Assembly (NCBI GenBank): GCA_025594325.1
Contig: JANHCV010000005.1
Coordinates: 1,240,001-1,304,000, forward strand
Reading direction: 5' to 3'
DNA: 64,000 bases
Source of the DNA: Blastocladiella emersonii ATCC 22665
Lineage: Eukaryota > Fungi > Blastocladiomycota
Shown: piece by piece, positions 55,381 to 64,000 of the stretch
Layout: each line of letters starts with the position of its first letter
Numbering within the stretch: the stretch's first letter is position 1
Program-made: the position numbers and the translations under genes
Notes under the pieces: generated by a model
Told to the model about the DNA's origin: nothing
Database searches by the model: none
The model's input: only the letters and a program-made list of their open reading frames with translations

Positions 55381-55452
55381 GACGCGTCTCCCGGCGCGTC
55401 TCCCGGGACGCGTCGCGTCACGTGAAAGTCACGCCTTTACGCGACGCGTCTC
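55381..55452. promoter_or_regulatory. Cluster of ACGCGT (MCB-like) and CACGTG (E-box) sites upstream of the 55134 gene
   Basis: gacgcgtctc...ggacgcgtcgcgtcacgtga...cgacgcgtctc contains three ACGCGT and one CACGTG in about 70 bp. Confidence 0.5.
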
Positions 55453-55747
55453 GCAAAGCTCGAGACTGAGCCCTCAACGCGGGCTATTGATCAAAATCAA
55501 ACTCAAAATCAAAATCAAGATTCGTTCACATCGTATCCATGATCGATCCAGCATTGAATGACTTCCTCACTGCACCTTTCGAACTTGAGCTTCTTGCGCT
55601 TGATTGGGCGCCTGTATTCGAGCCAAGCCTGCCATCGATGCCAAGCAATTTCGAAACGCGAGGGCGGCTCCAACTCGACAATCAATCACGAGAGTCACGC
55701 ACAGAGTATAATTATTGGAACACGAATTATCCACCACGGAATCTAGC

Positions 55748-58700
55748 CTACACGCCGACCGTGGCCGCGCCCGTCGTGACGCGCAGGAACACGTCCTCGA
55801 GCGAGCAGGTATCGACGGACCACTCGGACACGCCGACGTGCTTGGCCTCGGCCGAGACGGCGCGGACGAGCGCCGCGAGCGCGGCGCCGGCGCTGGCCTG
55901 GACGGCCGCCGCCATGCCGGGCTGCTGCTCGGTGAGGCCCGACAGCCGCACGCGCGGGATGCAGAACTCGAGCTTGATCTTCTCGGCGAAAAACGGCGTC
56001 ACGTCGGCCAGCGTCGTCTCGATGACCTGCGGCAGCTGGAACGTCGAGACCGCGGCTGCGAGGAGCTCCGGGCTGCCAGCCTTGGCCGCCTCGGCCGCCG
56101 CCGCGACGAGCGTGTCGACGCTGTCGAGCACACCGTCGTCGTTACCCGCGGCCATGGCCGAGAGCGGGAGCGGCGACTTGGCGTCGGCGGCCTGGCCGTA
56201 CTCGCGGCTGCCGTTCTGGCTGTTGGCGTTGCTGCTGCTGGCGCTCGACGAGGACGCCGCTGCGATCGCGGCGTTGGCCTTGGCGGTGGCCGCTTTCGCG
56301 GCGCGCGTCGTCGCGTGCATGTAGCTCGCGTACACGACGGCCGGGAGCGACGCGACCCACTCGCGGACCTCGGGCGCGGCGAATCGGCCGCACTGGAGCG
56401 TCAATCGCCACGCGTCGCCGTACTTGCGCTTGAGGTCGGAAGCGGTACCGAGGCACTGGAGCTGTCCGCGGGCCATAATCGCGATCCGCTCCGACAGGTA
56501 CTGCACCTCGTCCATGTTGTGCGAAACTAGGACGATTGCGAGTGCGCGGGAGTCGCGGAGCATAGCTAAAAGACGCCAGATGCTCCTTTGATGATGAGGA
56601 TCAAGGTGCGTCGATGGCTCGTCAAACACGCATGTCGTAACGTCTCCGAGGAGTGCGACCGCGAGACTGACCCGACGCTTCATGCCGCCCGAGAGGGTCC
56701 GGGCCGGCTGGTCGAGGAACGGGCCGAGGCCGACGAGCGCCGAGGCAGCGAGCGCGGCCTTGCCCGAGACGCGCGGCGAGTATCCCTTGAGGTGGGCGTA
56801 GAAGCGCAGGTTCTCGACCACGGACAGGTCGTCGAGCAGCACGTTGTCCTGCGGGCACAGTCCGAGGCGGCCCGACGTCTTGACGCGGCCCTCGGTCGCG
56901 CGCATCTGGCCCGTGATGATGTTGACGACGTGCGTCTTGCCGCACCCGCTTGGGCCTGGACATGGGGGTGGTTCGAGGTTAGTGTCCCGAGTTCAAGTGT
57001 GAGTCAGCAGTCGCAACGTACCCAGCAACCCAAACGACTCCGTCGCCCCGATCCCAATCGAGATACCGTCGAGCACGGGCGCGGCCTGCCCGCGGTACCG
57101 CTTGGTGACGCCGTCGAGCAGCACGGCCTTGCCGTCCTCGGCGCCCGGCTCGTGCACGCGCTCGGCCTCGAGCCCGACCTGGCTGTCGACCGAGAGCAGG
57201 CTGGTCATGGACATTTCGCGGCTGTGCATGCCCGGCGGGTGCTGCTTGCGCGCCGCGGACGAGGAACCGGGTCCCGCGACGCCGCCGCCGCGGTGCAGCG
57301 CCTCGCTGCTGGCGGGCGACTCGACCTCGATATCAGGCACGGCAGCGGTCGCGGCGGCACCCGTCGTAGACCTGCGCCGGCGATGCGAGAGGACCGGCGG
57401 CGAGCCCACGTTCGCGCGCGCCGAGACGTCCGCGAGGCTCGGGACGCGCTCGAGCGACGCGGCGGACCCGGGCAGCGCGGACCGGTACCCGACCCACCCC
57501 AGCACAACAGCGCGGGCGGCGACGAAGATGGGCGCCCACGCGATCCCCTGGACGACCGAGATGGCGACGCACGCGACGTAGCACGCGGCGCCGACGCCGG
57601 CGAGCCACGCGTACGCGAGGTAGAGGAGGTCGAGGTCAAAGTTCTGGAGCACGACCCGCAACGCAAACGCGATGGCGAGGCCGGGGAACGCGAGGTTGCC
57701 GCGGGTCAGGGCAATTGGGACCGACAGCACGTCGCTGTACACCCACAGGACGCAGGGGAGCGCGACCGAGAGCGGGAGAAGGTACGCGAGGAACACGGCC
57801 ATGTCGCGCGACCCGCCGAGCAGCGGGACCGCGATCGCCACGTACAGGAACGCCGCGCCGATGACGGCGTGCGTCGACAGGAGCAGCGTGACGATCAGGT
57901 GCGGGACGTTGGCCGACGGGTAGCTGAAGGCGAGCGTGCCGCCGAGGACGACGAGGAACGGCAGCGAGTACATGAGGCAGTACAGGTAGTGCGACGCCCA
58001 GTACGCGTTGAGCGAGAGCCCGTTGACGCGGTAAAAGTCGAGGAACACGCCGTGCTCGGCGACGGGGACCAGGATGAACATGGTGAAGAAGAGCCACAGC
58101 AGTACGCACACGAGCGCGTTCATCAGCAGCTCGTCGCGCGTCGAGTACTGCAGGTCGGGCACTGCCATGTAGTCCGAGAACACGACCTCGCCCGGCCCGA
58201 CCGCCGTGCGCGCGAGCGACGTGGTCGCCGACGACACCATGTGCCGGACGGGTCCGTCGAGCAGCCACAGGCCCTCGTACTTGTTGCGGTTGGTCTCGGC
58301 GATGGTCAGCGGCCACCCGGTCTGCGCCGTGAGCGGCGCCTGGCCCGCGCCGAGCGACGGCTGCTCGCCCAGCAGCTGCGGCGCGACGGGGCCCCAGAGG
58401 TCGGGCGACGGCGCGGCGCCGAGGAGCGAGCACTGCGACGTGTTGGACAGCGGCGGCTGCGTGCCGGCGGACGCGGCGACCGTCGGGAACATGAACCCGG
58501 CGAACGGGTACGTGAAGGTGCCCCAGTACCGCAGGTCGATCTGGACGCGAACGGGCGACGACGAAGACGCCGGCGGCTTCGCAATGGTATCGGCCGACGT
58601 CTGCACGTCGAGCGTAAAGTCGGGGAACAGCGGGGCAAACTTGGCCTCGGCGTCGGCGACCGACTTGGCGAGCGGGAGCGCGCCCATGGACTGCGCGAGC

Positions 58701-61700
58701 TTGAGACACGCGGGCGGGTACACTTTCGCGGCGTCATCGAGCGACGCGGGCGCGGCCTTGGCCGCATCCCGCTGGCTCGCCTCGATCCCGCCCATCCACG
58801 CGTTGACGGGCGACTCGAGGAAGTTGAGGACGCGCGGGCGCTGGAGGACGAGCGGCGAGACGGATCCCCAGTTCCCGTCGAACCCGGCGAGACTGGCCAT
58901 GGCGGCCATATCGACGCGCGGGCCGAGGACAGGGAGCGTGAGCTGGTTGCGGATCGTGGTCTGCCACGCGGGCGGGGCGCGGACCCAGAGCCGCGGCGGC
59001 GAGGTGGCGAGCGAGTGGTAGCGCGTCTGCTTGAGCGGCGCGTAGTCGGGGACGCTGCATAGGTTGGACGCCGAGGGCACGCAGATGGCGAGGCGGTCGC
59101 GGACGCGCGTCTTGTAGACGCCGACGTCGCACGACGGCTGGCCCGTGACGAGGTCGCGCAGGGTGAAGGGCGAGGTGCCACCGGCGATCGCGGCGCTGCA
59201 CTGGTCGTGGCCGCCGAGCGACACGAGCAGCGTGAGGGCGATCATGACGCTGACGAACAGCGTCAGGAACAGGACGTTGTGCTTGACCTGGCGCAGTTGC
59301 AGCTGCAGGTTCTTCTTGAGCATGCCGAACACCTGGTGGAACAGGACCGCGATGCGCCACGGGTTCTCGGGCAGCGGCGGGAACGCGGACCCGAGCGGGC
59401 CGTGCTCGGCGTCGCCGCCGCCGCCGCCGCCTTCGCCTGGACGCCGCGTCAGCGTGAGCCCGGTCCCGCCGTGGGTCTCGGTGCCCGGCTGCGGCGGGAG
59501 GTACGACTCGAGCGACGTGTAGAGCTCCCAGTCGAGGACGGGCGGGGTCTCGAGGAACCGGGCCACGTTCGGGAAGTCGGCGCGCGCGACCGACACGAGC
59601 GCGGTGCTGCCGGACAGCACGCGGCACTGCTTGACGAGGGCGCGCGGGAAGTGCGCGGCCGCGTCCTCGGGGTTCTTCATGGTCACGAGGATATCCATGG
59701 CGGCCTGCTCGTGGCGCAGCTCCATGAGGTTGCGGTGCAGCACGACGCGGCCGCCGGGGGCCGCCAGGACGACCACCTCGTCGCTGAGCGCCTGGATCTC
59801 CTGGGACGAATGGCTGGTGATCAGGACCGCGACGCCGCGCGATTTGAGCGATGCGACGATTTCCCACACGTGCCGGCGCTGCACTATATCAAGGCCATTA
59901 GAGGGTTCGTCGAGGACCAACTACAAGAATCCTCGGTTAGATCGAGTGCACATGACCGCGTTGCGCCACAGCTGCGCTCACGCGCGTACCACTTCGGGGT
60001 TCCCGACGCACGCGGCCAGAATCGACAGGCGGCGCCGCATCCCGCCCGAGTAGGTCCGGAGCTGGGCGTCGGCCTTGGCCGTGAGCGACACCGTGGCGAG
60101 CATCGTGGCGATATACTCGTCGAGCGCCGCACGAGGGACGCCGCGGAACCGCGCCCACAACGCCAAATGCTCGCGGGCCGTGAGTGCGGGGGCCACGACG
60201 TCGACCTGCGGGCACACGCCCATGGCCGCGCGGGCCGCGCGCGAGCCGAGCGGCGCGCCAAAGACGTGTCCGTCGCCGCCCGTCGGCCGCGCGCTGCCCA
60301 TGAGCACGTCGAGGCAGACCGACTTGCCGGCTCCGTTGTGACCCAGCAGGCCGTGGCACACGCCGCGGGCGAGCGAGAGCGAGAGGCCGTCGAGGATGCG
60401 CACGCTGCGGGCGCGGGAGCACACGCCGGGCTGCGGGACCGAGAACTCCTGCTTGATCCCGCGCAGCTCGACGCGCGAGTGGTCCCACCCGCCGTTCGCG
60501 GCGTTGTGCTGTTGGAGCCAGTGTCGCGGGTACACGCCCCAGTAGCTCGGGAGGACGGGAAAGTACCACAGCTGGCGCCAGCGGTGGGTGCGGCCCGTGA
60601 CCTGGTTGGCGTACCAGGCGAGGACGAGGCTGCCGGCGACGAGGGCGGGGAGCCACAGGGCGGTCACGGAAAAGGGCGTGAGGTCGCGCGCCGAGAAGGC
60701 CGTGGCGAGGTCGAACTGGTAGTTGTACGTGTGCTGGATCAGCGTCGTCGTGTTGGCCGCGAGCCGGGTGGCCGTCGCGTTGCCGAGCGTGCCCTTCCAC
60801 GTGTAGTCGAGCGCGACGCCCATGCCGCGGCCGAGGTGAAAGAAGGGCATGAGCGCCAGAACGTAGAAGAGCGTGCCCTCGACGCCCGAGGCCGCGGGGA
60901 CGAACCGCTCCCACCACGGGACAATGGTCGCCGAAACGTAGAGCTGGTTGAGGTCCGTGAGGCTGAGCACGAACAGGAGCAGGGCGGCGACGGCGATCGA
61001 CATGACCGTGACGACGGACGTGGTGTAGGGGCTGGACGAGCACGCGACCGCGAGGAGGGCGCCGACGCCGCACAGCGCCATGCCGTAGAGGAACAGGACC
61101 AGGAACACGTAGACGGGGCTCATGGCGTTGATGGGCGGGTAGTCGGCGACGACTGCGGGCACGACGGCGAGCCCCGCGGCGGCGGCGTTGATGACAAAGG
61201 TCACGACAAAGACCGCGGCCCAGTACGCCGACTCGAACAGGTTCATCTGGCGCAGCACGCCGAGCATCCCGTCGAACTTGTCCTCGGCGAGGTTGCTGAC
61301 GACGAGCAGCATCGCGGGGAACGACCCGATCGCGAGGAGGCACCCCATGACGATATTCGACGCGTAGTGCGACAGGATGACCATCTGGTTCATGGACTCG
61401 ATCTGCGTCGCCGACATGGTGGTGGACTGGTCGGTGCCCATTTTCGCCGGGTCGATGGCGACGCCGTTGTTCACGACGGTCCCGTTGCCGCCCGGGTTGG
61501 ACCAGTCGCGCACGCCGGGCGGCGACGCGACGCGCGGGAACGTGGCGAGGTTGAGGCGCACCTCGTGGCGCTTGCCCGACCGCACGTTGACGATGGCCGT
61601 GTCGAGGAGCAGCTTGAACGCGAGCATGGTGCCCTTTGTCAACGAGTAGTCGCGCGGCAGCTGCGGGTCGTAGTAGGCGCCGACCGGGTTGCCGTTGCCC

Positions 61701-63598
61701 TCGCCGAGCGTGTACCAGGTCCCGTTGAGCGCCGCGGCCGCGGCCGCCGGGTCTTTTGGGGGAGGCGACGACACGGGATCGGTCCCGTTGACGAACGTGT
61801 TGAACTGGACAATGTAGTGCCGCGGGCGACGCTGCAGGGCGCGGTTGCGCGCGTAGTAGTCGTCGAGCATGTTGGCGGGCGTCGGGAACCCCCACACGTC
61901 GCGTCCGGGCTCGAGGCTCGCGAGCGCCGCGAGCTCGCGCATGATGGCGCCGTGGTGCGCGTCGTTGGGCGCGTAGCTGACAGCGACGCGGCAGTACAGC
62001 CCGCCGGCGGGACACTCGGGCAGCCCGATTGTCCGCGCGGCGGTCCCGTTGAGGTTGAGCGCCGACGGGAACACGGCCTTGGCGAGCGTATCCGAGAGGA
62101 ACCGGAACGCGACGGCCGACAGCCACACGGCGAGCGCGGGTCCGAGGACGGCGAGGAGCAGGAGCAGCGGCGTGCCGCGCACCATGACCTTGGTCGACTT
62201 GCGCACCAGCGCCTCGAGCTGCATGAGCCACGCGACTATCGGGTTGTTGATCAGCGGCGGCGGCTTGTACTGGACCAGCGACTTGCGCGCCTGCGACCGC
62301 GTCGGCCGACGGATGCTGCGCGACACGAGGCCGGCCGCGTGCAGGCTCGCGCGGAGCGAGCTGAGCGCCGCGGCGGCGGCAGTCGAGGGCGACCGGCGAT
62401 GACCCGGCCGCTCGCCGGGCGGACGCAGCGTCGGCGCGGGCTCGCCCGTTGTGCCAGCGGCGGCGGCGGCGGTGAAGTCGCCGTTGGGCTGGCTGCCGGT
62501 ACGCGAGTGCAGTCCGCCGGCGATGGACCCGGGGACCCAGTTCGCCCATCGGCGGCGGCCACTCGCGGACCGCGTCCGCGCGGGGTCGTCGGGGAACAGC
62601 CGCTGCGGCGGCGCCGATGCCGCCGCGTTCGCGGCCGCGGCCTCCTTGGCCATGGGGTCCTGGAGCAGCGCCGCATAGTCCCTACCGCCATCCTCTGTAG
62701 CCGCGGCCTGCGGCCACGCGGGCGTGCCGAGCGACGTGAGCATGCGCGGCCGCATCCGCGGCGGGTGCAGCTCGGCGGCGCGCGGCGGCGAGGCCAGGGC
62801 GTCGCTGTCGGACCCGTGCACGGCGGGCCGCATTGGGCTCGTGTTCTCGGCGCGCAGTTGGGCGGAGGGCGAGAAGACGTCGCGGATCGAGCGCATGGCA
62901 GCGGACGGCGGGGCCCACGACCGCGAGTGCGCGTGGTTCCCGCGCGGGGTCGCGGGGCGCAGCGCGTCGGGCGTTTTTGGTGGTGGTGGTGGCGCGGCGG
63001 CGGTGGTGGCGGTGGGTTGAGGAGGGGGCGTGGAGGAGGAGGGGGCGGCGAACTCGTCGGGATCGACGAGCGCCGAGCGCACGATCTGCGGCTGACTGCC
63101 GCCAACAGCGCGCGAGGCGGCGGATGAGACCGACGCGGCGGACGGGGCGGGCTCGCGGCTGATGTACGACGGCGGGCTGCCGGAGTGCTCGGTGCGGGCG
63201 GACCCGGACAGCGAGCCGGCAGCACCCACAGTCGACCGCGCGGGGCTCTGGTGGTGGTGAGACAGGAGGATCTCGGGGAGCGACGCCTGCGGGCGCGGCC
63301 CGCTGCTGCGCGCCGGCGAGTGCGTCGCGGAGAGCGGGAGCGGCGACGGGCGGGTATAGGGCGACTCGTGCGCGTGGCGCGGCGAGAGGGGCGACTCGGG
63401 GACCGCCGGGAGTGCGGCAGGGGCGGCGGGATCGCGTAGGGCGCTGGCGAGGTCAATGTACAGCAGGCCGCCGTGGCCGCCGGTGGCGGCGCTGCGCTGC
63501 GAGCGCGACGTGCTGGTGGCGGACGTCGCGTCGTCGCTGTGGTAGGCGCGGTGGCGCGACGTCGGCGTCGACGGGGGGTGTGGTGGTTGTGGGTCCAT
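55748..63598 (-). CDS. Full-length ABCA-subfamily transporter (2 TMD + 2 NBD); introns 59921-59989 and 56956-57021
   Basis: NBD1 GHNGAGKS, YSGGMRRRLS and VLDEPSNGLD; NBD2 GPSGCGKT, LSGGMKRRVSLAVAL and FDEPSTHLD. The large extracellular loops are typical of ABCA. Confidence 0.93.
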
Positions 63599-64000
63599 GG
63601 TTTGGACTAGACGCGCAGGTTCGGGAGGTGAGTTACCGCGCAGGTGGTGCACGTCCGGCGGCGAAGCGTACATGAGGGTATGGGTAGGAGATATGTGAGG
63701 AGGTGCAGGTCGCAGCAGCAGCAGCAGGGCTGGGTATGCGTCAGGTCGCCGTCAGGTCGTCGTCGTGTCGGTCAAGTCTGTGGTTGCATAGCGCGATCTA
63801 GTCAGAACAGGTTCGGGGAGAGGGCAGCGGGAGACGCAGACGCCACCGAAGAGAGTCGTCGAGTGAGGTTACGCTACGCCAAGAGCGTGGTGGTGGGTGG
63901 CGACGCGGCGGTCCGCAGCAGTCCGGGTGTTGACACACACGCGCGCGCGGCGGGATGGTTCGAGAGTTTCGATGCCGAAGGGCGTGCGGGCGGCGCGTCC

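Noticed and set aside
59207-63127. 1306-aa plus-strand ORF (and similar long antisense ORFs at 29715-32282, 33938-36016, 56588-59062)
   Set aside because: Shadow ORFs caused by extreme GC3 bias of the real genes on the opposite strand; the translations are Arg/Gly/Ala-rich with no domains.

Overview
Eukaryotic, GC-rich, intron-containing genomic DNA (GT[A/G]CGT donors, CTRAC-like branch points, YAG acceptors). Gene content and style suggest an early-diverging fungus, most like Blastocladiomycota; this is an inference, not a database result. The window alternates between two compartments. The very GC-rich core blocks hold a kinase, a Rad60/Esc2-like gene, quinone oxidoreductase, SNRNP40, NDUFS4, a DUF2306-reductase, an Lte1-like RasGEF, BAP31, fungalysin, GST and an ABCA transporter. 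The less codon-biased accessory islands lie at about 3.2-13.5, 23.9-27.4 and 37.1-55.5 kb. The main candidate for an undescribed system is a same-strand array of six intronless paralogues at 37.1-52.6 kb (four intact, two broken). They have a Gag/capsid-like architecture: N-terminal helix, MHR-like capsid core, RS-rich basic tract, an invariant C-X2-C-X12-H-X4-C knuckle and a conserved C-terminal domain. No pol, LTRs or integrase are seen. Most copies sit just downstream of a shared bipartite DNA motif, TCAC(A/G)TGA-N7-ACGCGTC, which also recurs elsewhere in the islands and inside the TIRs of a non-autonomous MULE-like element. That element (116-bp perfect TIRs, 9-bp TSD) encloses a LINE-type RNase H fragment. 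Other notable items are an apparently domesticated intron-bearing Tc1/IS630 transposase lacking its catalytic Glu, a KDM4-like JmjC pseudogene inside the Gag-like array, and an inverted pair of F-box-like/helical-repeat paralogues that share an intron position.
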